Under the pieces are notes generated by a model, which made no database searches, was not told where the DNA came from, and was given only the letters and a program-made list of their open reading frames with translations. 64,000 nt of DNA, taken from Octopus bimaculoides (Eukaryota). Both the position numbers and the translations under genes were made by a program. Numbering within the stretch: the first letter of the stretch is position 1; every line of letters starts with the position of its first letter. Below are positions 12,185-25,798 of this stretch, one piece after another. The stretch covers positions 150,752,097-150,816,096 of the forward strand of contig NC_068982.1 in the NCBI RefSeq assembly GCF_001194135.2, in the 5' to 3' direction.

Positions 12185-12920
12185 AAAACTAATTCCTCAT
12201 GGGTAAAATCCTTTAGGTGGGCGGTAACACCACCCTTCCTGCACATGTGTGAAAATTTTCACACCAGTAGTCCACATCAGTTCCTGTCCACCTTAATGTC
12301 AGGATTGAACCAGACCCTGAACAGTTTAACTGGTCCCTCAGTCCAGCAACTAATGATGCCATCTGATGGCATTGACCTACATCCCCAGGTGTCCAGCAGC
12401 AAGCCTACTGACTTCTCAACACTAATTTTGGCCCCTGCCAGTGACTCATATTACTTTAAAATGGAGCTGACCATCTCCACTTCAAAGGCAACTGATACCA
12501 TGTTGATGATGTTGTTCATGTATACCGAGACTGCCTTCCTGTGTCTCAGTTTGAACAGGATGCTCCTCAACTGCTCAAATTCCACAGCAATGGCTCAAGG
12601 GCCAGCACATACAGAAGAGGTGGCAACAGGCTACCTTGGTGGACTGAGAGTGCAATGAGAAATGGTTCTGATCAGTGAACATTTACTTTGAACACTGGGC
12701 AGGCATCGCTGTGCATTGCAGCAATTCAACCTCTGAAAATGGGTCTGAACTTGGCCAATTTCAGGACAGTTTCTAGATAATGATGGTCAACCCTAATGAA
12801 TACTTTAGACAGGTCCAAATTGATCAGGGTCCCACCATAGTCAGCTTTCATCCCAGCATTCTCTACAATGTATTGTATGAGGTGGAGGTTGTTGTGAATA
12901 GACCTACTCATGCACAATTC
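12185..12920 (-). mobile_element. L1/Tx1-like LINE RT fragment
   Basis: RSIHNNLHLIQYIVE...TLINLDLSKVFIRVDHHYLETVL and SEPFLIALSVHQGSLLPPLLYVLALEPLL, typical L1/Tx1 RT motifs in degraded form. Confidence 0.8.
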
Positions 12921-12970
12921 TGCCAGCTCACCTATAATAATGATGATGATGATGATGATAATAATAATAA

Positions 12971-13554
12971 TGCTGTTAATCTTGATATGATTTCACCATG
13001 TCGTGCGCATATGGTTATGATGCATGTGCCTGGTGTACGCTTTCATGGCTTCTCTTCTGACTGAATGGAAGTGTTATCATGTACATTGTTTTGTTTTGGT
13101 ATAAAAGATGGGCTACACCAAATATTCTGCTCAATACCACAGATTTGCTTGTCAATTGTTTGACCTTAACCAGTTGAGTATGTTCATTAGTGACTGACGA
13201 TATGTGCATCTCTGGTCACGAACGGAAGTGGTGGGGGAGCATCATAGCCATGCGTTGAGAGGAATTCTTTGGGGTTTGGCTAATTCACATTTGGAAACAT
13301 GGGTGTTTTGTTCATCATCCTTAAAAAACCCTTATTCAGAGACCTTTTGAGCAGGATGGGCTACTTGACCTGAAGAAAATTCTTACTGGGTCCCACCTGC
13401 AAGGTCATGCACTGTTAATCTTGATATAAGATCACCATGTCGCGTACATATGGTTGTGATGCATGTGCCTTATCAAACAGGTAGTCATGATGGGTATACT
13501 GGGCTTTGTATATTTTACTCGTGTCACTTAATGGCATGCACTGCTTTCTCACTC

Positions 13555-13555
<1 letters not shown>
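12971..13555 (+). mobile_element. Unclassified (AAT)n-tailed repeat with an internal 58-bp direct repeat
   Basis: Flanked by AAT/GAT microsatellites; 12973-13031 recurs at 13412-13470; the 3' 340 bp recur inverted at 40690-41050. Confidence 0.65.
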
Positions 13556-13599
<44 letters not shown>

Positions 13600-13695
13600 G
13601 GGCCCAACAAGTAGATATTGATTATATTACCAAGATGAAAATGGAGTCGAGGGGTGTAGAATTATAAAAAAGACAAGTCTGAAGCGTTTACTTAC

Positions 13696-13866
13696 TGTAT
13701 TTGTTGCAATCAATTCAGTCGTAAGAGAGAGAGAAGTTATAAGTATAATTGAACCTCCAATACCATTAAAAGCAGCAGCACCAAAAACTTGCATTGAATT
13801 AATTGGAATAAATAAAATCCAGATACTGAAGCTCAGTGATATGATAAGTCCAATGACAAATGTCAG
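13696..13866 (-). CDS. MFSD12: MFSD12-like coding exon 7
   Basis: LTFVIGLIISLSFSIWILFIPINSMQVFGAAAFNGIGGSIILITSLSLTTELIATNT; acceptor gtatttcag|, donor ACA|gtaagt; 171 nt. Confidence 0.94.
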
Positions 13867-16800
13867 CTGAAATACATTGAAATTACTTGTTTTATTAAAA
13901 GATGATGAATTACTGCTGAAATAAATAAATAAATTATATCTTTTCATGTCATTATTATAGTGAAGTCAAAGATGAAGCAAATATTCAAAATTATTAAACA
14001 TTTGGTTGCATTTTATAAAAGAATCAGCAGAATCAAACATCTGGTTGCATTTTACAGTAGAAGCAACAGAATCAAGCTTTCAATTGCATTTTATAATAAT
14101 GATTTCTTACACGGACATAAAGCCACAAATTTTGCAAGGAAGGAAAAATTCAATTAAATCAATGCCATTATTTGACAAGTACATAAAACTAATCCAAAAT
14201 GGAAGAAAGGATTTGAATTCAGAATGTAAAGAGCCAGCCATAACTTACCACTACAAGACATTTTATCTGACAATGTAAAGATACTACTAATGCATTATTC
14301 TATCAATAATGATTCCAATTATAGGCATAAGGTTACAAATTGTTTTGGAGACAGATATAGTTGGTTATATGAACCCCAGCAATTAGTGCTTATATAGATA
14401 GTATCAATTCATCTACCTTAAATTAGTGGTTCAACAGAGTCAATAAAAGAAGTACCACACTAGAATAAGTACTGGGGATGATATAACTGACAACTTTTGG
14501 AGATGATGCCCACAGCCTAAAGACTGCAACTAGTAAAAGAAGAAAATGTGTATAATCTAGTCATTGGACTATTGCCAAGCTGGGACATTGTCTTCAAGTG
14601 TTCAAATTGCTCATACTGATATCAGTATTCTGCTTAGTCTATTGCTTTCTAATTATTGAATGTTTCTGTTGCATTTTTGATATGAAAGTATGTGACTTGA
14701 CACATATGGACTCCTAGATGTGTACAGGTGTGTACGTATATGTATGTGAGTATCATCATCGTCGTCATCACCATCATGATCAGCATTCATTCGTTTTATG
14801 TCTGCTTTTCCATGTTTGCATGGGTTAGATGAATATGTCATTGAGGCATTGTTTTACAGCTCTGTTCTTCCAATCGCTTCCTTACCTGTTTTCAAGTGAG
14901 AGATCTCTTATTCCAGGTGGCTTCAAAGGTGTATGTGTGTACATGCACATTCATATGCATATGCACATGCACAAAGGGCTTCTACATGCTTTCTATCTAC
15001 CAAATTTCACTCACAAGGAATCAGTTAATCCAACACTATAGAACACACACACATGTATGTATAAATATATACATATATATGAAACATGCATACAGACATA
15101 TCATCATTAAGGCATTCTCATTCAAATATCTTTCATTTGTTTCAGTCATTAGACTGTGCCCAAGTTGTGCAAACAAATCAACCCCAGTACATATTTTTTT
15201 CCAAAGCCTAGTATTTATTCTATTGGTCTCTTTGCCAAACTGCTAAGTTACAGGTTCATAAACAAACTAGTATGCAGGATGGTGGTGGAGAAACACAAAT
15301 ACACAAGTATATAGATGGCTTCCACAAAGCATAAGTTGACCTAGGGCTATAGCAGAAGACACCTTGGGTAAGTGTCTTCTACTACAGTCCCATGCCAACC
15401 AATGCTTTGTGAGTGAATTTAGTTGATGATCAATTTCTATAAAATAATACCAAATACAGAAACATCATCCCTTCACAAGTCACTATCAGGTTAGGGTGAG
15501 GTGGGATGAGCTTCCCATAATGAATTATTTAATTATCTGTATATTTCTAGACTAGTACTTATTAAACTGGTCTAAGAGGGATAAAATGTAATATTAACAC
15601 TTGTGAGATTTGAACTCTGGATGTAAAGAAACAAAGCAAAGGCTGCAATGTATATTGCTTGATATTTGTGTCTCCACAAACCCACTGAATTTAATAATAC
15701 TGATGATTTTTAACATAGGTGCAAGGCTATAGCACTGTGATGAGTATAGTTTAAATCAACTCTAGTACTTCACTGGTACTTTTTTCTTCTCAACTCTGAA
15801 AGTTTGAAAGATAAAGTTAACCCAACCTCCAACAAAATCTGAACTTTTGTAAAGAGATGAAATAAAAAAAATCCATGCTTCACTGATTTTGTTAGTCTAC
15901 AGCTTTAGTTAATGACAACCACAATGTTTTTTCTTTTTATTTGTCACAAGACAAACATTTTGTTGTCCCCACCACCACACAAACCAAATCAGGTTTATAA
16001 GATTCAGATCAGCCATTATAACTTAATCCCGTGTATTTACTTCTCAACACTAGCATTTCTCTTACTACTAGCTAACCTAATCTGCTTTCCTCCTTACCTG
16101 CCTCTCTCTCAAATCTAGCCAACTAACAAGGTCAACTACTAGACTACTTTTGCCATTGGATACAATGACAATATGTGGTTCACATTGCTTAGTACAATAT
16201 CTCAAACTGAAAATTTTTGGGAGATAGGGGGAGAGAAAAAGTTAAAAGGAAAGAAGAAAATGAATGTAGAATATGAGAAGATATAATTTCTCTAGTGATT
16301 TACATAAGAAAACAACTTCAGAGGAATTTTATCAATTTGAAGATGAGAAAAAATGTTAAATTGAAAAATATATAATCAAACTGAATTCAATTACAAAATT
16401 TTGAGTATTTACTGTTGTTATACTTTATTCTAAACACCATTAAATGTTTGATTATTTGGCTGTCACCATTGCTCCCTTCACCACTACCACCACCATCATG
16501 TGTCCATTTTCCATGCTAGCATGAAATGAACATTTTGACTAGATCCAAAAGGTTGAGGATCACTTCATGCACAGGTGTCTCAGTTTTCACATGGTTTCTA
16601 TGGGTCGATGCCCTTTCTAATGTCATCCACTTTGCAAAGAATACTGGGTACTTTTTTCATAGCTCCAGCACTAATGAGGTCACCTTGTAACTTACAAGAT
16701 AGAAGAATACCCTCAACTTAGAAGGGGTATAGAAGACAGAGTGGTTGCTTTAAGCAAAGTGTTAAGAGGTAAAAGTATAATGCAGGGAGCATGTATAGGT

Positions 16801-18237
16801 TTACTTTTGTGGAAGAGATTCATGGTTACCCTGTATTTTACAAGGGTAGGTGGGAAAAGCTGGTGTGGAACCCAAAAAGAGGTAAAAAAGGTAATGATGT
16901 CCAAGAAATATTTAAAATAGAGCATAGGTACAGAAGACTAAGGGGGAAGGAGTAGTGTAAAAGTATGAGAAGGTCAGATGTATATAAGAGATGAATGTTG
17001 TGAATAATGAACAGAAGTTGGGATGGTAAATATGAGTGGGGATGATAAGAATGAGAAATGGATACTGACTGAGTGAAGAACAGAGAAGAGCGAGTGGTGA
17101 CTAGTAGTACAGAGATGACAATATGGTATGGTGCACAGTAACAGGTTTTGCTTTCATTTCTTACATCAGCAGAATAGTACAGTAGATAAGTGAGTAATGG
17201 AAAGATGAGTGAGTGATAGGATTAAAAGTTGCAAGGAGGAGAGAGCAAGAAATAGATACCAACAAGGAGGATGTTGTCAGGGATCCAGTTGTTTAGATGA
17301 AGGAAGGGTGCTGCAAGGGAGAAAGAAGCAAGAGCTGTAGACTTGGCAGGGTCTCAGTTGTATGCATTATACACGATGCCTTTAAGAGCCTTAGTCACAA
17401 TATGCTAGTGTAGCTGGGCACTGTTTTCTCAAGCACTGTGTATCACCAATCATCTATGTCCTTAGTCATCTCTTCTGTGAGAGTCACACCATCCTGAGAT
17501 TGGCTTTTATCACCTCATACCACATCTTCCTAGGTCTTCTTCTTCCATGGCTTTAAATGCAAATACTTGCACTAATAATCAGCAAAGAAACACCTAGCTG
17601 AAACTTGCTACTTCTCACTGTGTATGTATAGCTAAGTCACATGATATAAAAAGTGTCACAATCCCCAACAAACTCATGATGGCTTCACATATAGAAATTT
17701 TCCTAACTGCATTCCTCTTTAGACCAGAAAATATTACAACTCTGATAAGTTGCTGACGTTATAAAGCTGAAGTTAGACCCTCGCGAAAATGATGAAGATG
17801 TATGTCAGCAAAAATAAAAGAAGAGGAAATGTGGTAGTCAAAGTAAAAGTAGTTTTTATAGGAAAGGACTGCACACATGGAATTCTCTCAATAAAGAACC
17901 TGAGTACAAAACTTTATCCATAACTTTTCTCATAGTCACTACATGTTTTGTAACTTCCACAGCTCCTCATTAAAGTGTTGCATGTATGATAGTTATGATG
18001 CTGTAGCTATATGCATATACATGCACAAAATATCTGCATCATATAAAAACAAAGGCCATTTATATACTAAGCAAATATTCACTCATTAACCATACATGCT
18101 ATGATTAGCCTACCAACATGTCATGACTAGTCTAATGAATGACTGAAAGAATGAGAGAAAGAATGAGAATGAAAGAGTTAGAAGAAGAAGGGTGAAGATA
18201 TGGCAAATCAGAAAGTTTCTCAACATAACTATCTTAC

Positions 18238-18330
18238 CTTTGCTCCTATAGTTGAATTGACCAGCTTCATAATTAATGTGGTTAAAAAACTGAATATATA
18301 AACCACAAGAGGAACAATGGCTATATATTT
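18238..18330 (-). CDS. MFSD12: MFSD12-like coding exon 6 (absent from the ORF track)
   Basis: KYIAIVPLVVYIFSFLTTLIMKLVNSTIGAK; acceptor tttatttcag|, donor AAG|gtaaga; 93 nt, phase 0/0. Confidence 0.93.
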
Positions 18331-19271
18331 CTGAAATAAAACAGCAGAGTATAGCATTTAGATAATTATATAGACATAATACAGCTCAATACCTAAATTA
18401 TGCTCCCTCCTCACATAATGCATGCATTTTAGAAATATTTAAAAATACTGTTTGATATATAAACTTAAATCCTTTCTTAGTTGTGAGCAAACTCATCCAA
18501 CTTGGGCTAGCCCAGTAACATAGATGTTAAATTGATGATAACATCAAGTGTAATCATTAGGCTTTTCTTTTCTCTATATTTTTAGTTTTAAAACGAAGGG
18601 CAACAACCTATAGCTTTTGCAGGAACCAAGAACCATAAATTACAGTTTCCTATTAACTATGACTTTTGTCCTTATAAATAGCTCAACTGGAAGTCAGTGA
18701 ACTCAAGTGAACCTGTCAGTAAACAGGACAAACATTTTTAAGTGACTCTCACAGAGCCAAGGGCCTGCTGTGTCTGGCAATGGGGCTCTATTAGAGAATC
18801 ACCTCAAGTTGTAGTTATAAATAGCAGTACTGTGCAAATGGCGGTGCAAGAGGAAGTAGCACATCAAGATATTGAGTTACCCTGAAACCTGTCCAAATAC
18901 TTCAACAGAATAACTTTGGCAAAAGACACCCATGAACTAAGTGATTGCAGTGTTAAACTGAGTTATAAACTAGGTTTACACTTGCCCACCTCAAAAAGTA
19001 AAATGGTAGGCTATGGAATTTTATTGGGCATCAGCACTAGAGAAGTTTTCTTACTGGACTTAGGCACCAGCACTAGAGAAGTCTTCATACTGGACTTAGT
19101 GTATAGAAAACATCAGTAACATTTTGTTTTGAAAATTCCCATAAAATTCAGTTTACTCAGTCTCCATTCCACTCACAGTTACAACCCTCTTGGCATTCCT
19201 ATCAGAATCTTTCCAACAAGCAATTTAAAAAGATACAAAACACAAAGAAACAAAATACATTAATGACTTGC

Positions 19272-19364
19272 CTTATTTAGTTGGATAGTGTCGAGAACAT
19301 AGAGGGGTAAATATATCTGGGAAATGTTTAAAAATAGTCGAGTCCCCATGTAAATGACTCCAAT
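19272..19364 (-). CDS. MFSD12: MFSD12-like coding exon 5 (absent from the ORF track; GC donor)
   Basis: IGVIYMGTRLFLNISQIYLPLYVLDTIQLNK; acceptor tttacttacag|, donor AAG|gcaagt; 93 nt; YMxTRLxxNxSQxY motif. Confidence 0.92.
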
Positions 19365-19607
19365 CTGTAAGTAAAAAACAATAACAGGAAATTTAACAAT
19401 AACTTTATTTTTTTAAATGGAAATAAAGAGCATTATATTAAAGAATGTCCTTTTAAAAAGAGTATTTCAGGACTTTTCACTGGAGAGAATGAAAAGAAAA
19501 TTTAACGAATGGGATATTAGTTCAAAGATTTAAATAAATTAAAGATTATTTAATCTTATAGTGTGTATCAACTTACTACTATTATAGTGTGTATCAACTG
19601 AACTATA

Positions 19608-20902
19608 AGGGTGGGTTGTAAAGTTCATAGGCTGACTATGAAGGAGTGATGCTAGAGCTGTGAAATCTTGCATGCATTAATTTCAACTCTTCTTATTAAT
19701 AACTGCATTGTTCCTTTCCAGGTAAACTCACATCTGACAGTTCAAAGAAAACTTCAAAAGTAAATAGTAGCAACTTCTCTTGAAAATGAACAAAATTTGG
19801 CATTGTTGTGTTATCAAGTATCTGCAGAAAAAGGTTTTAACCCCCAAGAGCATTCATACTGATATGATTACTGCATTAAGAGATGGCACTCCAGCTTTAT
19901 CAACAGTGGATAAGTGGGCAGTTGAACTTAGGAAGGGAAGGAAGAATCTTGAAGATGATCCAAGGTCTGGGAGTCCTACACCAGCTACCACTGAGGAAAA
20001 CACTGATCATGTTCACCACATGGTAGGGATGACAGGTGATTGACTTTAATCAAATAGTTAATGCTATTAGCATATCCTGTGAGAGAGTTGAGAATATTCT
20101 TCAAATTGAACTTGGCATGACGAAAGTTTCTGCTCAGTGGGTGCCATGTCTTCTGACACCTGATCAAAAGCACACCAGGCTGACAACATCACGGAAAAAT
20201 CTGACATTGTTTGAGGCAGATCAAGCTGGTTTCCTGGAGTGTTTCCGAACCCAGGACCAGTGTTGGGCTCATCACTTTGAGTCAGTAACAAAGAGACAAT
20301 CCATGCAGTGGAAACAGCCCTCCTCATCTGCTCCAGAGAAGGCCAAGGTTGTTTCGTCTGGATGGAAGGTGATGAACTCAGTTTTTTGGGATGCAGAAGG
20401 CATTGAGTTTATTGATTATCTTCAGAAGGGTCAAACCATCAATGGAGAGCACTATGTCAATAAAAACTATTCATATGCCAAGATATGAATAGTATCAAGA
20501 CCAAACACCCAGAAAAACTGTTGAAAAGAATCTTGTTTCATCAGGACATTTCTCCAGAACACAAGTTTTTGGTTTCAATGACTGTTGGACTGCTTTGTAT
20601 GACTTTGAACTGGTTGATTACCCTCCCTATTCTCCTGATTTGGCCCCATTTGGCTATTTATTATCTGTTCCCCAACATGAAAAAAACATTTGGTTGAGAA
20701 CTAGTATAGCAGTGATGATGAAGTCATATCTGCAGTTGAAGACTTTTTTTACCAACAGGAAGAAAGCTTCTTCACCAGTGGGATCCAAGCACTGTAACAC
20801 TGATCGAAGAAGTGTGTGAATTGCAAGGGAGACTATGTGACATTTAGTCACACTCCATGAGAATATTTTGGTCAGGCTATGAACTTTTCAGCTGATACCT
20901 CA
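19608..20902 (+). mobile_element. Near full-length decayed mariner (DD34D-type)
   Basis: TA flanks and imperfect TIRs (..AAAGTTCATAGGCTGAC / GTCAGGCTATGAACTTTT..). Frameshifted transposase: LEDDPRSGSP, KVSAQWVPCLLTPDQK, VFWDAEGIEFIDYLQKGQTINGEHY, YPPYSPDLAP. Confidence 0.93.
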
Positions 20903-21137
20903 TACTAGTTATGCCAGTTACATGGTAAATAAAAAGAACAATAAAATAGCTACGATATTTATTGTTATATGTGTGTCAAAAGGATAGATGGCTAATTCAA
21001 ACCAAGGCCCCTTAACAAGAAAAGTAATACTTAAGGAGACAACTTGAAACTCTCCAGAGCTACATGAAATTCGAAATTCTTAAGCTCTAATTGGTTTTAA
21101 GAAGAGGAAATGGCACTTAACAATTACAAGTGGTCTC

Positions 21138-21255
21138 ATAAATGCTTGTGTGTGTGTGTGTGTGTGGAGAGAGAGAGAGAGAGAGAGAGGGGGAGAGAGA
21201 GAGAAAGAGAGGGGAGAGAGAGAGAGAGAAAGAGAGANNNNNNNNNNNNNNNNNN

Positions 21256-21306
<51 letters not shown>
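21138..21306. repeat. (GT)n/(GA)n microsatellite with an N gap
   Basis: Seen directly; similar tracts at 11295-11455, 32515-32620 and 47580-47680. Confidence 0.95.
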
Positions 21307-21310
<4 letters not shown>

Positions 21311-21384
21311 AGTGATGGGGGATATTTGCTGCTAGCACCTTGACCTGCTTCTTTTGTACACAAGATAATGAGATGGATGTTCAA

Positions 21385-21898
21385 CTGTTTAGTATTTAAA
21401 CTGGCCATATCAGGCCCAAAGATTCTACTTGTTTTATGTTCAAACTGGCCAGATCCAGCCTCTCACACTTACTCTATGATCTCATTCTAAAAATGAACAA
21501 ACATATCATCAATATCTCAAAGCTATGAGAAATGCATGATGAATTTTTAAAAAATGTGAACAAATAAGTATTACATTTGACTGAGTAATCTGAATGTTAA
21601 GGGGTTAAATATCCCGAAGTTCCCTGTTGATGAAACCATACCTAAAACACATTTTTTTTTTTTATCAATTAATCTTGGAAAGAAATCACTTAACCCTGTC
21701 AAATGTAATGCTTATTCATTTACATTGTTTTGAATTAATCATGTATTATCTTGTAACTTTAAAATTTCAATGGTGTGATTATTTATTTTAAAAATTACAT
21801 TGTAAAGTAGGTGTGAGAGGTGGGATTTGGTTGGTTTGAACATTAAACAAGGAGAATTTTTGGGCTGGATATGGCTGGTTTAAATGCTAAAAGGTTAA
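21385..21898. mobile_element. Two piggyBac-type MITEs of one family in inverted orientation
   Basis: 21385-21608 is the reverse complement and 21690-21898 the forward version of the 26166-26385 MITE; about 80 bp spacer. Confidence 0.75.
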
Positions 21899-24875
21899 GG
21901 AAGGCTTTATGAATGTATAGTGTGACAAGAACTCTCTTGATTTTCTATTAAAAATGGGACTGCCATCATTAGTGAAATTACAAGCATAAATGTTAACTTT
22001 CTTTTTCTATGATATTTTGTATCCGGCCTGTCTTTATTACCTACATTTTGCAGCACTCCAATCCACTAAGATAACAGTGTTCCTTCTGTCACCCTCTCTT
22101 CATTAAGCTCTTCAATCCTCTCTCTGTCTCTACCTTAATCATTATACACCAGTGTACCACATTCCTGAGTAAAGAAACTTCTTTGATCATTCCAACAACT
22201 TAATTATCACCCTCACTTCACTTCCAATATATCAACGATGATGGAAACATTCATAATCATCCCCTTTCTTCCATAACCATCAAGCTGTGCAGTTCCTGTA
22301 GTCATGCTCTATTACATCATAATCTTGAGATTAACAAAGACATCAATCATATCTGAGATGACAATTGCCCACCTGTGGGCTGTATTCATCTCCTGTCTGT
22401 TGAATCAGTTTCCTGTTAGATTATTTCATTTTAGAGTGCACTGATGGGTCTCTCTGTGATTTACATTCAATCAATTCTAGTGTACCAAAAGATTATAACT
22501 CCAATACTCTTCCTTTTGTACATTAATGCTGTTATTTTTAACTATGTATATGATATCCCTCACTTCTCAATCTTCTATATACAACTTACTGCCTCCATGA
22601 ACAGAGATGATGATGATGATGATGATGTATCTGCTTTTCATGCTGACATGGGTTTGGCAGGTTGTAACCTAGATGTGTTGAAGGACCTCATCTGACTTAG
22701 AAGTTTTGTTTTTAGTTTGGTCTCTATGGCTGGATGCCCTTCCAACATCAATCACTTTATAGGTTTTACTGGATGCATTCTTTCATTGCATAGCTCTAGA
22801 GAGGCTGTCACATCTTCAATAAGACTAAAAGATCCTCCCAACCCAATACTTAGAGAGTACTGGGTGCATTTTATTGTGCCACTAGCAACAACAAAGATAG
22901 GGTGACAGAGTGATAGATAGCTTTATAGAGTTAACTGTTGTTGGGGGCTGAATTATTTTCTGGTTCTAAAGAGAAAAGCTAGTTTTATCTTGGAGAAGAC
23001 TTGCCTTTTGTTTGAATCTAAAACTAAGTTATAGTTACTTAAGCCTTGCAGCTGGTGGAAACATAAATTTTAAATAATTGATAATTTATTTGCTAATGGT
23101 CTGCAATTTCAACTTCAAAATGTCTTTAATATGTTTTATTTAAAACAGTAATTTAATTTATCTGTTTACTTTTACCAGATATTTTATAATATATATTACA
23201 CCTGTAATATCATCTAATAGGCATATTTTTGTTGAATGCGAGGTGGAATGGATTATATTCTCTGTTATTCCCAAGCTTCTATATTGATTGAATGTGAATG
23301 TAGACATATGGTAATGGAGACGTATATGGAAGTATCAGATAGATTTCAGAAACCAAAACAAGAAAAGAAAAAAAAGTCTTATGAATTGTTTTAATATGAA
23401 CTTTGCATTTAGAAATTAATATAATTTAATGATAACTTTTTTCAATAATTTGGTTGTTATATTAAGTATGTCAGAATATATTGTTAATGATAATTTTTTG
23501 AACACCTGTTTAATGTCTTCCTAATATCAAATTAATATCTCCTCCAGTAGAGTGACAACTGTTACAAAAGAGAATATTTTCTCTACAAATTGAGCACATG
23601 AGTGCATCTGGCAATGAGATGGCTTCTATCATCAGTGACATACTGTGTCTCATTTGTATGTGGAAGAGGAAGGTGTCCAAAGGCTGATCATCCTGACAAC
23701 AGAACTCATTTCAAAGTTAAAAACAATTAGCAGATAAGAATAGTTGACATAGTTGCTTACTGGAATGATAATGAAACTGACTGATGGTAAATAATAGTTT
23801 TTAAACCGCTTCACTAACACCAGATGAATCTGCTCAGGCACACCAGTCATTATATCTATATAGAGCTGTAGTAACATTTGTATCTGGACAAAAACGGTAT
23901 TTCTCATGGGGTATCCAGCCATCAAATCTGTTCTGATGAAATCTCAAAGTGACACGCACATCTATATCATAGCCAAAACTACACACCGGAGTAGATGTTC
24001 TCAGCAGGACTAGATTATACTACAGTTCTGAAAGAATGCTGACAGAAAAAGTTCAACTATGACCTACTCTGGAGTACTTCATATATAAACTGGGATATTG
24101 TCGCTGTCATGCACAACACCAGACTATATCAAAATACAAAAGAAAAGGCATCTGTCTCATTACCAGATTTTCACTCACAAACCCATTATAACCATTAGCT
24201 CACCAAAATACTGTGTCCTCTCTATCTCTTCTATAACTATTACAACAGTTCCTACTTCTCTGAACTAATAAGCTGTGTAGAACTTGGTACATCAGCCATT
24301 CCTCCTCTTCTTCCTTCTCCTCTTTTAATGTCCATTGTCCATGCTGGCATGGGTTGGGTGGTTTGACAGGATCTAGCGAGCTTCAATGTCAGTTTTGGCA
24401 TGGCAAATCCTATACTAAATACTTGATCTATGAAAATCCAAACATCTTAAGGTTTACAAACTAGTTTGGAACAATTTTCTGTTTAAATATCTTTATAACA
24501 TGAAATTATATTGAAGGTGAAGCACCTGCAACCTTTGTAACCCTTAAGTGTAATCTTAAGGGAGGAGTCTGGATTTTACATAAAAAATACATTTTTGCTC
24601 TTTATATATTTATTCTAATGTTCTTAAAATGTCAAATTATCTATAAACACAAATTTAAATGTTTACCTCTTATTTAAATATTTATAATTTCTTTTCTGTA
24701 TAGTAAATAAAATTTTCTTTTATTTGGCCATATTAGATTTCACATGCAGTTTTCAAACAGAAAGAAATTCTAAGTTGGAAGGATCTCACAAGAGAGATGA
24801 CTTACAAGAAACAAAGAAAAAGAGGGAGAAAAAGGTAAAAGAAAAAACAGGAATGAAGAATGACTACTATAAATA

Positions 24876-25750
24876 CGAGGTGGTATCAAAAATTTCCTGG
24901 ATTAGTTATGTTTAATAAATAATAACTTATTTACCTAAGTTTTAACATCATCTCCTTCGAAATAGTCACTTTGCATAATAACACACCGGTCCCAGCATTC
25001 CTACCACTTTTGGAATCCGGCCTGGAAGTCATTTTCCATAAGTGAGTCAAAGACCTTCTGTAATTTGCTTTTGATTTTGACAGCGGTGTTAAAACAGTGA
25101 CCTTTGAGCTGCATTTTCCTCTTGGGGAAGAGATGGAAGTCTACAGGTGCTAAATCTGGTGAATGGGGCAGGTGTGGAAGTGAGGAGAGCTCAGTGACAG
25201 GGTGCATTGTGGTCATGAAGAATCCAATTCTTGTCGCTCCACAGATCTGGTCACTTTTGCTGAATGTCCTCCTTCAAACACTTCAAAACATTGCAAGAGA
25301 ACTCTCAATTGATGGTCTGGCCCTGGGGTACTAATTCTCAATGCACAATACAATATTTCCAGGGGTGACACTCGAGGCAGGTCTTCCAGATTGCTCATCA
25401 TCTTCCAAGGACAGTCTTCTGCTTTTGAAGTGTCCGTCCCATTTGAAACATTGTGTATGACCCATTGCCTCATTACCACAAGCTTGCCGAAGCATGCTCA
25501 TGTCTCTGTAGCAAACTTTCCAAGTTTAATGCAAAATTTTATGATGGCTCTTTGCTCCAACATCCTGTCCATGACAAAAATAGTAGACTACAGCAGACAC
25601 ATGGTCGCAAAAACAAAAATTTCACAACTTGCAAAGTAAACACAGCAATGTCACTTGACACACTACCAGCTCTCAGTGTGCACACAATCATGTGCTGCCA
25701 TCTGTTGGTGTGCTACAGAACTAGTCCAGGAACTTTTTGATACCACCTTG
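24876..25750 (-). mobile_element. Internally deleted mariner with intact TIRs
   Basis: TA-CGAGGTGGTATCAAAAATTTCCTGGA...TCCAGGAACTTTTTGATACCACCTTG-TA. Remnants MLEQRAIIKFCIKLGK, LEDDEQSGRP, QGQTIN, HSPDLAPVDFHLFPK with two large deletions. Confidence 0.93.
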
Positions 25751-25798
25751 TAAGAGAATGATGAGAATAAGGAATATGTTAAAAAATGATCTATATAC

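Noticed and set aside
13194-13222. Hammerhead ribozyme at CTGACGA
   Set aside because: Followed by only a 3-bp stem and GAAC instead of GAAA, with no clear stem III or cleavage triplet; kept only as something to test.
13627-13947. Longer exon 7 from upstream AGs near 13915
   Set aside because: Those AGs are out of phase with the phase-0 donor of exon 6; 13866 gives the family-consistent junction.
19030-19100. Short local tandem duplications (also 19555-19600, 28910-28945, 35780-35840)
   Set aside because: Two or three copies of 18-39 bp, ordinary slippage with no sign of function.
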